Assembly (NCBI GenBank): GCA_963796755.1 | Contig: CAWCMX010000001.1 | Span: forward strand, 1,625,172-1,689,171 | DNA length: 64,000 nucleotides | Direction of reading: 5' to 3' | Origin: an uncultured Acidimicrobiia bacterium | Lineage (GTDB): Bacteria > Actinomycetota > Acidimicrobiia > IMCC26256 > JAENVU01 | Part shown: in pieces, positions 36,310 to 52,445 of the stretch | Layout: every line of letters starts with the position of its first letter | How positions within the stretch are numbered: the first letter of the stretch is position 1 | The notes under the pieces: generated by a model | Database searches by the model: none | What the model was told of the DNA's origin: nothing | Seen by the model: only the letters and a program-made list of their open reading frames with translations | Made by a program: the position numbers and the translations under genes

Positions 36310-36356
36310 GGATCTTCGGCCCTCGGGATCTTCGGAATGCGGAGATCTTCGAGATG
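36310..36356 (+). repeat. three direct GATCTTCG repeats at 16-17 nt spacing upstream of the rpoB promoter candidate
   Basis: GATCTTCG occurs at 36311, 36327 and 36344. Confidence 0.6.
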
Positions 36357-36362
36357 CAGTGC

Positions 36363-36391
36363 TTGACCCCTGCGGGGGGTCGTCGTATCCT
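36363..36391 (+). promoter_or_regulatory. rpoB promoter candidate P1 (TTGACC-N17-TATCCT)
   Basis: TTGACC at 36363-36368, a 17-nt spacer, and TATCCT at 36386-36391. It lies about 165 nt upstream of the rpoB GTG. Confidence 0.45.
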
Positions 36392-36439
36392 CCCCACGGT
36401 TCCGGCCGCGCCTCTCGGCGCTGGGCCGCTGCGTCTGCA

Positions 36440-36468
36440 TTGCGTTGCCGGGCGCGCGCCGCTATGAT
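36440..36468 (+). promoter_or_regulatory. rpoB promoter candidate P2 (TTGCGT-N17-TATGAT)
   Basis: TTGCGT at 36440-36445, a 17-nt spacer, and TATGAT at 36463-36468. Confidence 0.35.
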
Positions 36469-36558
36469 CCAGCGAGCCGTGTCGACTCGCTCGCCCCGCC
36501 CTTGAAGTTCCAGGCCTGGGCTCTCGCGCGCCTGCACATCACCATGAACCCCTGAGGA

Positions 36559-39500
36559 GTGACGTTGGCTCGTCTCGCGTCCCGTGAGCGTTTTTCGTTC
36601 GGCAAGTACCGCGAGGTCCTGGCTCTCCCGGACCTCATCGCCGTCCAGCGCAAGTCGTTCGAATGGTTCCTCGAGGAGGGTGTCGCCGAGGTCCTGCGCG
36701 ACATCTCCCCCATCGAGGACTTCACCGGCCAGCTGAAGCTGGAGCTGGCAGACCACGTCTTCGACCCGCCGAAGCACTCGGAGGACGAGTGCCGCGAGCG
36801 GGACATGACCTTCGCGCGCCCGCTCTTCGTCACCGCCCGGTTCATGAACGCGGGCACCGGCGAGATCAAGGAGCAGACGGTCTTCATGGGCGACTTTCCC
36901 ATGATGACCAACCGCGGCACGTTCATCATCAACGGCACCGAGCGGATCGTCGTGTCCCAGCTCGTGCGGTCGCCGGGCGTGTACTTCGACGTCTCCCCGG
37001 ACAAGACCTCGCCGGAGAAGGACATCGTCGGGGCCAAGATGATCCCGGGCCGGGGTGCGTGGCTCGAGTTCGAGGTCGACAAGAAGAACGTCGTCTACGT
37101 GCGCATCGACCGGAAGCGCAAGCAGCCGGTGACGGTGCTGCTGAAGGCGCTCGGCTTCGGTGAGACCGAAGAGGAGCTCCTGAACCTCTTCCTCGATCCC
37201 GAGGGCCGCCCGTACGACTCGATGCGCAACACGCTCGACAAGGACCACACCGAGGACGCCGACGCTGCGTTCATCGACATCTACCGCAAGCTGCGCCCGG
37301 GCGAGCCGCCGACGTCGGACAGCGCGCGCGGCCTGCTCGAGAACCTCTTCTTCAACCCCAAGCGCTACGACATGGCCAAGGTCGGCCGTCACAAGGTCAC
37401 GAAGAAGCTCGGTGGCGAGTACGAGAAGGTCGCCGCCACGCTGAAGCGGCTCGACATCCCCGTGCCGAACGCGGACCCGGACGCCGGCCCGGTCGAGTAC
37501 ACGATGTCGCGCGCCGACATCCTCGCCGCGGTCTCGTACCTGGTGAAGCTGCACTCGAACGACCAGCCGAACGCCTACTTCCCCGACGACATCGACCACT
37601 TCGGCAACCGCCGGGTGCGCTCGGTGGGCGAGCTCATCCAGAACCAGGTGCGGGTCGGCCTGAGCCGGATGGAGCGGGTCGTGCGCGAGCGCATGACGAC
37701 CCAGGACGTCGAGGCGATCACGCCCCAGACCCTGATCAACATCCGCCCGGTCGTCGCGGCGATCAAGGAGTTCTTCGGCTCCTCCCAGCTCAGCCAGTTC
37801 ATGGACCAGACGAACCCTCTCGCGGGCCTCACCCACAAGCGGCGCCTCTCGGCGCTCGGCCCGGGTGGTCTGAGCCGCGAGCGGGCGGGCTTCGAGGTGC
37901 GAGACGTGCACCCCAGCCACTACGGCCGCATGTGCCCGATCGAGACCCCGGAAGGCCCGAACATCGGCCTGATCGGCTACCTCTCGTCCTTCGCGCGCAT
38001 CAACCGGTTCGGCTTCATCGAGACGCCGTACCGCAAGGTGGTCGACGGGGTCGCGACCGACACCATCGAGTACCTCGCCGCGGACGACGAGGACCGGTAC
38101 GTCATCGCCCAGGCCAACACGGTCATCGACGACAACGGCCGCTTCACGGACGACCGCGTGCTCGTGCGCGCGGGTCGCGCCGCGTCACAGGGCCGGATGC
38201 AGCTGAGCGAGCTCGCGTACGTGGAGCCGGCCGAGGTCGACTACATGGACGTCTCGCCGAAGCAGATCGTCTCGATCGCCACGGCGCTGATCCCGTTCCT
38301 CGAGCACGACGACGCGAACCGTGCGCTCATGGGCGCCAACATGCAGCGTCAGGCGGTCCCGGTGCTGCGCCCCGAGGCGCCGTACATCGGCACCGGCGTC
38401 GAGGCCGTGTGCGCCCGCGACGCGGGCGAGCTCGTCATCGCCGAGAGCGAGGGCACCGTCACCGAGGTGACCGGCAGCTCGATCACGGTCGAGTACAAGA
38501 ACGCCCAGCGGCCCGTCACCTACCGGCTCTCGAAGTTCCGCCGGAGCAACCAGGGCACCTGCATCAACCAGAAGCCGCTGGTGGACATCGGCGACGCGGT
38601 CAAGCAGGGCGACATCCTCGCTGACGGCCCGTCGACCTACAAGGGCGAGCTCGCGCTGGGCAAGAACCTGCTCGTGGCGTTCATGCCCTGGAAGGGTCAC
38701 AACTTCGAGGACGCGATCGTCCTCTCGCAGCGGCTCGTCCGGGACGACGTGCTCACGTCGATCCACATCGAGGAGCACGAGATCGACGCCCGTGACACGA
38801 AGCTCGGCGCCGAGGAGATCACCCGGGACATCCCGAACCTCTCCGAGGAGATCCTGAAGGACCTCGACGAGCGCGGCATCATCCGCATCGGGGCCGAGGT
38901 CGGCGCCGGCGACGTGCTCGTCGGCAAGGTCACGCCGAAGGGCGAGACCGAGCTGACCCCGGAGGAGCGCCTCCTGCGCGCGATCTTCGGTGAGAAGGCC
39001 CGCGAGGTCCGGGACACGAGCCTCAAGGTCCCCCACGGCGAGACCGGCAAGGTCATCGACGTCCGCGTGTTCTACGCGCGACGACGGCGACGAGCTGCCC
39101 CGGGCGTGAACCAGCTGGTCCGGGTGTACGTCGCCCAGAAGCGCAAGATCAGCGAGGGCGACAAGCTCGCCGGCCGCCACGGCAACAAGGGCGTCATCTC
39201 CAAGATCCTCCCGGTCGAGGACATGCCCCACCTCGCCGACGGCACGCCGGTGGACATCGTGCTCAACCCGCTCGGCGTCCCGAGCCGCATGAACGTCGGC
39301 CAGGTGCTCGAAGCGCACCTCGGCTACGCGGCCCGTCACGGTTGGGAGGGCCAGGGCGAGAAGCCGGCGGCCCCGAACAAGACGCGCACGATCACCGAGC
39401 CCGCGGTGTGGGTCACCACGCCCGTGTTCGACGGCGCGCACTGGGACGAGGCCGAGGAAGCGGGCCCGCAGGGCACGATCCAGCACCTCTTCCAGACCAT

Positions 39501-40113
39501 GCACTCCGACTGGGCCGGCGAGAAGCCGTTCGAGGAGGAGCGCCGAACCAGCGCCAGAATCGTGCACGACGACGGGAAGGCCACGCTGTTCGACGGCCGG
39601 ACCGGCGAGCGCTTCGACAACCCGGTGACGGTTGGCTACGTCTACATCCTGAAGCTCAGCCACCTCGTCGACGACAAGATCCACGCTCGCTCGACGGGCC
39701 CGTACTCGATGATCACCCAGCAGCCGCTGGGTGGGAAGGCGCAGTTCGGTGGCCAGCGGTTCGGTGAGATGGAGGTGTGGGCCCTCGAGGCCTACGGCGC
39801 CGCGTACGCGCTCCAGGAGATCCTCACGATCAAGTCCGACGACGTGCTCGGCCGCGTGAAGGTCTACGAGGCGATCGTCAAGGGCGAGAACATCCCGGAG
39901 CCGGGCATCCCCGAGAGCTTCAAGGTGTTGATCAAGGAGATGCAGGCGCTCTGCCTCAACGTGAAGGTCATCGACGAGGAGGGCGCGGAGATCCAGATCC
40001 GTGAGCTCGACGAGGACGCCTTCCGGACCACGGAGTCCCTCGGCATCGACCTCTCCCGCCCGGAGCGGGGCACCGACGAAGAGGACGAGGCGCGCCGGAG
40101 CGCGCAGACCTAG
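36559..40113 (+). CDS. rpoB: DNA-directed RNA polymerase subunit beta (ORF open; 9 codons at 39074-39101 look out of frame)
   Basis: 1184-aa ORF with GTG start. Motifs [65 protein letters not shown] and [20 protein letters not shown]. Confidence 0.95.
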   Translation: MTLARLASRERFSFGKYREVLALPDLIAVQRKSFEWFLEEGVAEVLRDISPIEDFTGQLKLELADHVFDPPKHSEDECRERDMTFARPLFVTARFMNAGTGEIKEQTVFMGDFPMMTNRGTFIINGTERIVVSQLVRSPGVYFDVSPDKTSPEKDIVGAKMIPGRGAWLEFEVDKKNVVYVRIDRKRKQPVTVLLKALGFGETEEELLNLFLDPEGRPYDSMRNTLDKDHTEDADAAFIDIYRKLRPGEPPTSDSARGLLENLFFNPKRYDMAKVGRHKVTKKLGGEYEKVAATLKRLDIPVPNADPDAGPVEYTMSRADILAAVSYLVKLHSNDQPNAYFPDDIDHFGNRRVRSVGELIQNQVRVGLSRMERVVRERMTTQDVEAITPQTLINIRPVVAAIKEFFGSSQLSQFMDQTNPLAGLTHKRRLSALGPGGLSRERAGFEVRDVHPSHYGRMCPIETPEGPNIGLIGYLSSFARINRFGFIETPYRKVVDGVATDTIEYLAADDEDRYVIAQANTVIDDNGRFTDDRVLVRAGRAASQGRMQLSELAYVEPAEVDYMDVSPKQIVSIATALIPFLEHDDANRALMGANMQRQAVPVLRPEAPYIGTGVEAVCARDAGELVIAESEGTVTEVTGSSITVEYKNAQRPVTYRLSKFRRSNQGTCINQKPLVDIGDAVKQGDILADGPSTYKGELALGKNLLVAFMPWKGHNFEDAIVLSQRLVRDDVLTSIHIEEHEIDARDTKLGAEEITRDIPNLSEEILKDLDERGIIRIGAEVGAGDVLVGKVTPKGETELTPEERLLRAIFGEKAREVRDTSLKVPHGETGKVIDVRVFYARRRRRAAPGVNQLVRVYVAQKRKISEGDKLAGRHGNKGVISKILPVEDMPHLADGTPVDIVLNPLGVPSRMNVGQVLEAHLGYAARHGWEGQGEKPAAPNKTRTITEPAVWVTTPVFDGAHWDEAEEAGPQGTIQHLFQTMHSDWAGEKPFEEERRTSARIVHDDGKATLFDGRTGERFDNPVTVGYVYILKLSHLVDDKIHARSTGPYSMITQQPLGGKAQFGGQRFGEMEVWALEAYGAAYALQEILTIKSDDVLGRVKVYEAIVKGENIPEPGIPESFKVLIKEMQALCLNVKVIDEEGAEIQIRELDEDAFRTTESLGIDLSRPERGTDEEDEARRSAQT

Positions 40114-40165
40114 GTCAACGACGAACCACGACGCTCACGCGCCGCACGCACGCTGGAACATCTAG

Positions 40166-44430
<4,265 letters not shown>

Positions 44431-44437
44431 TCGTGGC

Positions 44438-44468
44438 TTGCCCGCCCGGGCCGGGGTCTGTGTATCCT
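44438..44468 (+). promoter_or_regulatory. rpsL (str operon) promoter candidate (TTGCCC-N19-TATCCT)
   Basis: TATCCT at 44463-44468 is preceded by G, giving GTATCCT as at rpoB and tRNA-Trp. TTGCCC is at 44438-44443, and the 19-nt spacer is long. Confidence 0.35.
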
Positions 44469-44587
44469 TTGAGGTCGGCTTCGTGCCCCTCGGGGGTCGC
44501 GGCTCCGCCCGGGTGAACCACACCGAGCCGACCACCGTTCCATCGCACGCTGCACAACCGCCGCGCCACGAATGCACCAGGAGTCCT

Positions 44588-44957
44588 GTGCCCACGATCG
44601 CCCAGCTCGTCCGCAAGGGTCGGGAGAGCAAGACCGAGAAGTCCAAGACACCAGCGCTGCGGGGATCCCCGCAGCGCCGCGGCGTCTGCACGCGCGTGTT
44701 CACCACCACGCCCAAGAAGCCGAACTCGGCGCTTGCGCAAGGTGGCCCGTGTGCGCCTGACCACCGGCATCGAGATCACCGCCTACATCCCCGGGATCGG
44801 CCACAACCTCCAGGAGCACTCGATCGTCCTCGTGCGCGGCGGCCGGGTGAAGGACCTTCCGGGTGTCCGCTACAAGATCGTGCGCGGCGCGCTCGACGCC
44901 AGTGGCGTCGCGAACCGCAAGCAGGCCCGTAGCCGCTACGGCGCGAAGAAGGGCTGA
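44588..44957 (+). pseudogene. rpsL: 30S ribosomal protein S12 (one frame switch near 44735)
   Basis: [13 protein letters not shown]...[28 protein letters not shown], then in a second frame [28 protein letters not shown]. Confidence 0.9.
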
Positions 44958-44959
44958 CC

Positions 44960-45431
44960 ATGCCGCGCAAAGGTCCTGCCCCCCGCCGCGAGCTCCTCCC
45001 CGATCCGGTGCACCGCTCGGTCGTCGTCACGCAGCTGGTCAACAAGGTGCTCCAGCACGGGAAGCGCTCCACCGCCGAGCAGATCGTGTACCACGCGCTC
45101 GAGCGAGATCGAGCGCAAGACGAGCGGCGACCCGGTCCCCACCCTGAAGCGCGCGGTCGAGAACGTCCGTCCCGCGCTCGAGGTGAAGAGCCGCCGGGTC
45201 GGTGGCGCCACGTACCAGGTCCCGATGGAGGTCCGGCCGCGGCGCGCGACCACGCTCGCCATCCGCTGGCTGGTCGGGTACTCCCGTCAGCGCCGCGAGA
45301 AGACCATGGCGGAGCGGTTGGCCGGCGAGCTGATGGACGCTTCCAATGGTCTCGGCGCGGCGATCAAGCGGAAGGACGACCTCCAGAAGATGGCGGAGTC
45401 CAACAAGGCTTTCGCTCACTACCGCTGGTAG
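44960..45431 (+). pseudogene. rpsG: 30S ribosomal protein S7 (one frame switch near 45105)
   Basis: [31 protein letters not shown], then in a second frame [26 protein letters not shown]...AFAHYRW. Confidence 0.9.
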
Positions 45432-45516
45432 GTCTTGTCTTGGAACTGCGCTTAAGTCTGTAACGGTCACCGGGTTCCCGCCCGGGGCACCACCCAGTCG
45501 CTCGGACACGGGGTTC

Positions 45517-45544
45517 GCAAAGGGCGCTCACCCAACTCGCTTGG
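45517..45544 (+). repeat. intergenic motif copy B: GCAAAGGGCGCTCA-N3-AACTCGCTTGG
   Basis: The 14-mer is identical to 28143-28156. It lies in the rpsG-fusA spacer. A weaker relative sits at 12287-12319. Confidence 0.6.
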
Positions 45545-45686
45545 TGGGCGGCGCCCCGGTCGGGACCCTGGTCCGCGGGCGAACCGTCGGGTGCAGTGCT
45601 GTGCCGGGGGAACTTCCGTGGGCTCAGGTGTGTTTGACAAGTCCGAAGAAGAAGACGACGTAGAGAAATAGAGAGAGAAGAAGACC

Positions 45687-47797
<2,111 letters not shown>

Positions 47798-47902
47798 TCA
47801 GCACGATTCGAGTCCCGATTTCAGATGGAGAAGGGTCGCGCCATGCGCACTGAGCGTCCGCAGGGTGCACCCCGGCAAGCAACGAACGGAGCGATGAGGT
47901 AA

Positions 47903-49090
47903 ATGGCGAAGGAGAAGTTCGAGCGGAACAAGCCGCATCTGAACATTGGGACGATTGGTCATATCGACCATGGGAAGACGACGTTGACTGCGGCGATCAC
48001 GAAGGTGTTGGCGGAGGGCAATCCGAACACGACGGCGATGGCGTTTGATCAGATCGACAAGGCGCCGGAGGAGAAGGCGCGGGGGATCACGATCGCGATC
48101 TCGCATGTGGAGTACGAGACGAGCAATCGGCATTACGCGCATGTGGATTGTCCGGGTCACGCGGATTACATCAAGAACATGATCACGGGTGCGGCGCAGA
48201 TGGATGGCGCGATCTTGGTGGTGGCGGCGACGGATGGTCCGATGCCCCAGACCCGGGAGCATGTGCTGTTGGCCCGTCAGGTCGGGGTGCCGAGCATTGT
48301 GGTGGCGTTGAACAAGGCGGACATGGTCGATGATGAGGAGATCCTCGAGCTGGTGGAGCTCGAGGTGCGCGAGCTGCTCAACGAGTACGAGTTCCCGGGT
48401 GATGACACGCCGGTGGTGCGGGTCTCTGCGTTGAAGGCGCTCGAAGGCGATGCGGAGTGGACGCCGAAGATCCTCGAGCTCATGGAGGCGGTCGACAGCT
48501 TCATTCCGGAGCCGGAGCGTGACATCGATCGGCCGTTCCTGATGCCGATCGAGGATGTGTTCACGATCACGGGTCGGGGCACGGTGGTCACGGGCCGGGT
48601 GGAGCGGGGGATCGTGAAGGTGGGTGAGGAGATCGAGATCGTCGGTCTGCGCGATACGACCAAGACGACCTGTACCGGGGTGGAGATGTTCCGCAAGCTT
48701 CTCGACGAGGGCCGCGCGGGTGACAACATCGGTGCGTTGTTGCGGGGCACGAAGAAGGAAGACGTGGAGCGCGGCCAGGTGCTCTCGAAGCCGGGGTCGA
48801 TCACGCCGCACACCGAGTTCGATGCGCAGGTCTACATCCTGACGAAGGAGGAGGGCGGCCGGCATACGCCGTTCTTCACGAATTATCACCCGCAGTTCTA
48901 TTTCCGGACCACGGATGTGACGGGTCACATCATGTTGCCCGAAGGCACGGAGATGGTGATGCCGGGCGACAACACCGAGATGGTCGTCGAGCTCCAGAAG
49001 CCCATCGCGATGGAAGAGGGCCTGCGGTTCGCGATCCGAGAAGGTGGCCGCACCGTCGGCGCCGGCCGGGTCATCAAGGTCAAGAAGTGA
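47903..49090 (+). CDS. tuf: elongation factor Tu, copy 2 (intact)
   Basis: 395-aa intact ORF with motifs [17 protein letters not shown] and NKADMV. Confidence 0.95.
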   Translation: MAKEKFERNKPHLNIGTIGHIDHGKTTLTAAITKVLAEGNPNTTAMAFDQIDKAPEEKARGITIAISHVEYETSNRHYAHVDCPGHADYIKNMITGAAQMDGAILVVAATDGPMPQTREHVLLARQVGVPSIVVALNKADMVDDEEILELVELEVRELLNEYEFPGDDTPVVRVSALKALEGDAEWTPKILELMEAVDSFIPEPERDIDRPFLMPIEDVFTITGRGTVVTGRVERGIVKVGEEIEIVGLRDTTKTTCTGVEMFRKLLDEGRAGDNIGALLRGTKKEDVERGQVLSKPGSITPHTEFDAQVYILTKEEGGRHTPFFTNYHPQFYFRTTDVTGHIMLPEGTEMVMPGDNTEMVVELQKPIAMEEGLRFAIREGGRTVGAGRVIKVKK

Positions 49091-49124
49091 TGAACCCCCC
49101 CTGCGAGACCCGGAAAGGCATCTG

Positions 49125-49451
49125 ATGGCCGACGCAAAGGGCCAGAAGATCCGCATCCGGTTGAAGGCGTACGACCACGAGATCATCGACCAGTCGACGA
49201 AGAAGATCGTCGAGACGGTCGTGCGGACCGGGGCCCGGGTTCGTGGGCCGGTCCCTCTGCCCACCGAGATCCACCGCTACTGCGTGGTTCGGGGGCCGCA
49301 CGTGGACAAGGACTCCCGCGAGCACTTCGAGATGAGGATCCACAAGCGCCTGCTCGACATCGTCGAGCCGGCCAGCAAGACGGTGGAGTCGCTGCAACGG
49401 CTGGATCTCCCGGCCGGCGTCGACATCGAGATCAAGATCCAAGGCGTCTGA
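49125..49451 (+). CDS. rpsJ: 30S ribosomal protein S10
   Basis: Starts [32 protein letters not shown], with the motif [33 protein letters not shown]. Confidence 0.9.
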   Translation: MADAKGQKIRIRLKAYDHEIIDQSTKKIVETVVRTGARVRGPVPLPTEIHRYCVVRGPHVDKDSREHFEMRIHKRLLDIVEPASKTVESLQRLDLPAGVDIEIKIQGV

Positions 49452-49570
49452 AGCAAGCCCCGAGATGGCGCTCGACCCTCGGGTTGAGTAGTCTTCTCAG
49501 GCTTTCCAATCGACGTCCGCGTAGGCCCACTCCGCGCTCGGAGAGGGAACCGCACGGCACAACCGAACCA

Positions 49571-49601
49571 ACGCTCCGCCGGAGACCATCCGGTGGAGCG
49601 T
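49571..49601 (+). promoter_or_regulatory. 13-bp stem-loop in the rpsJ-rplC spacer (possible cis-regulatory RNA)
   Basis: ACGCTCCGCCGGA pairs with TCCGGTGGAGCGT (one G-U pair) around a 5-nt loop GACCA. It ends 55 nt upstream of the rplC ATG. Confidence 0.3.
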
Positions 49602-49656
49602 TCGCGTGAGCGAAACCGAATCCGCCCCGACTCGCGCCGACGACGAGAGAGCGCAC

Positions 49657-50299
49657 ATGGCTACCAAAGGGATTCTCGGGCGCAAGCTCGGCATGACCCA
49701 GGTCTGGGACGAGGAGAACCGGGTCGTACCGGTGACCGTCATCCAGGCCGGGCCCTGTCGCGTCGTGCAGCTCAAGACACCGGAGCGCGACGGGTACTCC
49801 GCGGTCCAGCTCGCCTTCGGCGAGACCAAGGCCCGCGCGGCTGAACAAGCCCGAGCTCGGTCACCTGAAGGCCGCCAACGTCGAGCCGGCCAAGCACCTC
49901 GTGGAGCTGCGGGTCGACGACATCTCGGGCTTCGAGGTCGGTCAGGTCATCCGGGCCGACGTGTTCGGTGCCGGCGACCGCATCGACGTCACCGGCATCT
50001 CGAAGGGCAAGGGCTTCGCCGGGGCGATGCAGCGCCACAACTTCAAGGGCCAGGGCGCATCGCACGGCAACCACAAGAAGCACCGCTCCCCCGGCTCGAT
50101 CGGCGCGTGCGCCACGCCGGGCAAGGTGTTCAAGGGCATGAAGATGGCCGGCCAGAAGGGCAACGTGCGCACGACGACGTTGAACCTCCACGTCGTCGAG
50201 GGCGACGCCGAGCGGGGCCTGCTCCTCGTGCGGGGCTCGGTGCCCGGCGCCAACGGCAGCCTCATCTTCATCCGCAACGCGGTGAAGGCACTGACATGA
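49657..50299 (+). pseudogene. rplC: 50S ribosomal protein L3 (one frame switch near 49840)
   Basis: [19 protein letters not shown], then in a second frame [33 protein letters not shown]. Confidence 0.9.
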
Positions 50300-51026
50300 G
50301 TTCGATCAAGGTGAAGACGGTCGAGGGCAAGGACAAGGGTTCCGCCGAGCTGCCCGACGGCATCTTCGGCGTCGAGCCGAACGTCGCGGTCATGCACCAG
50401 GTGGTCACCGCGCAGCTGGCCGCCGCCCGCGCCGGCACCCAGAGCACGAAGACCCGGGCCGAGGTCAAGGGCGGCGGCGCGAAGCCGTGGCGTCAGAAGG
50501 GCACCGGCCGCGCCCGTCAGGGCTCGATCCGGGCGCCGCACTGGCGCGGCGGTGGCGTGGCCCACGGCCCGAAGCCCCGCAGCTACAAGCAGCGGACCCC
50601 GAAGAAGATGGTGCGCCTCGCGCTCGATCGGCGCCCTCTCGGACCGGGCCTCGGAGTCCAAGCTCCTCGTCGTCGACGAGTGGGGCTGGGACGTCCCGAA
50701 GACCAAGGACGCGGCTCGCGGCGCTGGTCAGCCTGGGTGTGCACACACCCGGCCAGCGCGACCCGCGGGTCCTGCTGGTGCTGGACCGCACCGACGAGAC
50801 CGCGTGGAAGTCGTTCCGCAACCTCGGCGACCGGGTGCAGATCATCCTCCCCGAGGAGCTCAACACCTACGACGTGCTCGTCAGTGACTGGCTCGTCTTC
50901 ACCCAGGCCACGCTCGACACGACGGTGGCGCGCCTCACTGCGGCCCCGAAGGCCAACGGCTCGGACGCCGGCACTCCGGTCGAGATCGCGGCTCCGGCCG
51001 CGGATGACGAAGGGGCGGACGCGTGA
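50296..51026 (+). pseudogene. rplD: 50S ribosomal protein L4 (two frame switches near 50625 and 50715)
   Basis: The ATGA overlaps the rplC stop. [35 protein letters not shown], with later blocks in two other frames. Confidence 0.85.
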
Positions 51027-51319
51027 TCACGCATGACCCGCGCGACATCATCATCCGACCGATCGTGTCGGAGAAGTCCTACGCCAGCTACGACGAGAAC
51101 GTCTACACGTTCGAGGTCATGGCGAGCGCGAACAAGATCCAGATCAAGCACGCCATCGAGGACATCTTCGGCGTCAAGGTCACGAACGTGAACACGCTCA
51201 CGCGTCGGGGCAAGCGCAAGCAGAACCGGAAGACCGGTACCTGGGGACAGCGGAGCAACCAGAAGCGGGCGATCGTCTCGCTGGCCGATGGCGACCGCAT
51301 CGAGATCTTCGGGAGCTGA
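51023..51319 (+). CDS. rplW: 50S ribosomal protein L23
   Basis: 98 aa with a GTGA overlap with rplD. Motif [11 protein letters not shown]...[24 protein letters not shown]. Confidence 0.9.
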   Translation: MITHDPRDIIIRPIVSEKSYASYDENVYTFEVMASANKIQIKHAIEDIFGVKVTNVNTLTRRGKRKQNRKTGTWGQRSNQKRAIVSLADGDRIEIFGS

Positions 51320-51321
51320 CG

Positions 51322-52158
51322 ATGCCCATTCGCAAGCGCAAGCCCACCAGCGCCGGCCGCCGCTTCCAGAGCGTCTCGGACTTCGCGGAGATCACGAAGG
51401 ACCGGCCCGAGAAGTCGCTGGTCAAGCCGAAGCCGCGCACCGGCGGCCGGAACTCGTACGGCCGCATGACCGCGCGTCACCGCGGCGGTGGCCACAAGCA
51501 GCAGTACCGGGTCATCGACTTCCGCCGGAACAAGGACGGTGTCGACGCCCGGGTCGCGGCGATCGAGTACGACCCGAACCGCAACGCGCGCATCGCGCTG
51601 CTGCACTACGTGGACGGCGAGAAGCGCTACATCCTCGCCCCCGCCACGGTGCAGGTCGGCGACGTGCTGCGCAGCGGTCAGGGCTCGGAGATCCGGGCCG
51701 GGAACGCGCTGCCGCTGCGCTACATCCCCGTCGGTACCGTCGTGCACAGCGTCGAGCTCAAGCCCGGCGCGGGGGCGAAGCTGGGCCGCGGGGCCGGTGC
51801 GTCGATCCAGCTCGTCGCGAAGGAAGGGCTCTACGCGACCCTGCGCCTCCCCTCCACCGAGATGCGCCGCGTGCCGATCGACTGCCGTGGCACCGTCGGC
51901 ACCGTCGGCAACGCCGAGGTCGGCCTGATCTCGATCGGCAAAGCCGGCCGGAACCGCTGGAAGGGCAAGCGCCCGCACGTCCGTGGTGTCGCCATGAACC
52001 CCGTTGACCACCCGTTGGGCGGTGGCGAGGGCAAGAGCTCTGGCGGCCGTCACCCGGTTTCCCCCTGGGGCAAGCCCGAAGGCCGAACCCGCAAGAAGGG
52101 CAAGGCCTCGGACCAGCTCATCGTTCGTCGTCGCCGTGTTCGCGGCAGCCGGAGGTAG
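51322..52158 (+). CDS. rplB: 50S ribosomal protein L2
   Basis: 278 aa with motifs [18 protein letters not shown] and [14 protein letters not shown]. Confidence 0.95.
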   Translation: MPIRKRKPTSAGRRFQSVSDFAEITKDRPEKSLVKPKPRTGGRNSYGRMTARHRGGGHKQQYRVIDFRRNKDGVDARVAAIEYDPNRNARIALLHYVDGEKRYILAPATVQVGDVLRSGQGSEIRAGNALPLRYIPVGTVVHSVELKPGAGAKLGRGAGASIQLVAKEGLYATLRLPSTEMRRVPIDCRGTVGTVGNAEVGLISIGKAGRNRWKGKRPHVRGVAMNPVDHPLGGGEGKSSGGRHPVSPWGKPEGRTRKKGKASDQLIVRRRRVRGSRR

Positions 52159-52164
52159 CAGCAC

Positions 52165-52443
52165 ATGCCGCGCAGCCTGAAGAAGGGTCCGTTCGTCGAC
52201 GAGCACCTTCGCCTGAAGGTCGAGAAGATGAACGCCGCGGGTGACCGCAAGGTCATCAAGACGTGGTCGCGTCGCTCGACGCTGACCCCGGACATGGTCG
52301 GTCACACCCTCGCGGTGCACGACGGCCGCAAGCACGTCCCGGTCTACGTGACCGAGGCGATGGTCGGTCACAAGCTCGGCGAGTTCGCGCCGACCCGCAC
52401 GTTCCGCTTCCACGCGGGCCAAGAGCGCCAGGGACGCCGGTAG
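52165..52443 (+). CDS. rpsS: 30S ribosomal protein S19
   Basis: 92 aa starting [15 protein letters not shown], with motif [29 protein letters not shown]. Confidence 0.95.
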   Translation: MPRSLKKGPFVDEHLRLKVEKMNAAGDRKVIKTWSRRSTLTPDMVGHTLAVHDGRKHVPVYVTEAMVGHKLGEFAPTRTFRFHAGQERQGRR

Positions 52444-52445
52444 CC

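Noticed and set aside
36310-36356. Short tandem repeats (GATCTTCG x3, and CCTCGAAATGA x2 at 32246-32278) considered as a mini CRISPR or other array.
   Set aside because: The units are only 8-11 nt with 8-9 nt between them, there are only two or three copies, and there are no cas genes. I treat them as promoter-proximal repeats instead.
45346-45663. A 105-aa ORF filling the rpsG-fusA spacer.
   Set aside because: It starts inside rpsG in the wrong frame and has shadow-ORF composition. The repeat motif within it differs by a 2-nt gap from its other copy, so it is not under coding constraint.
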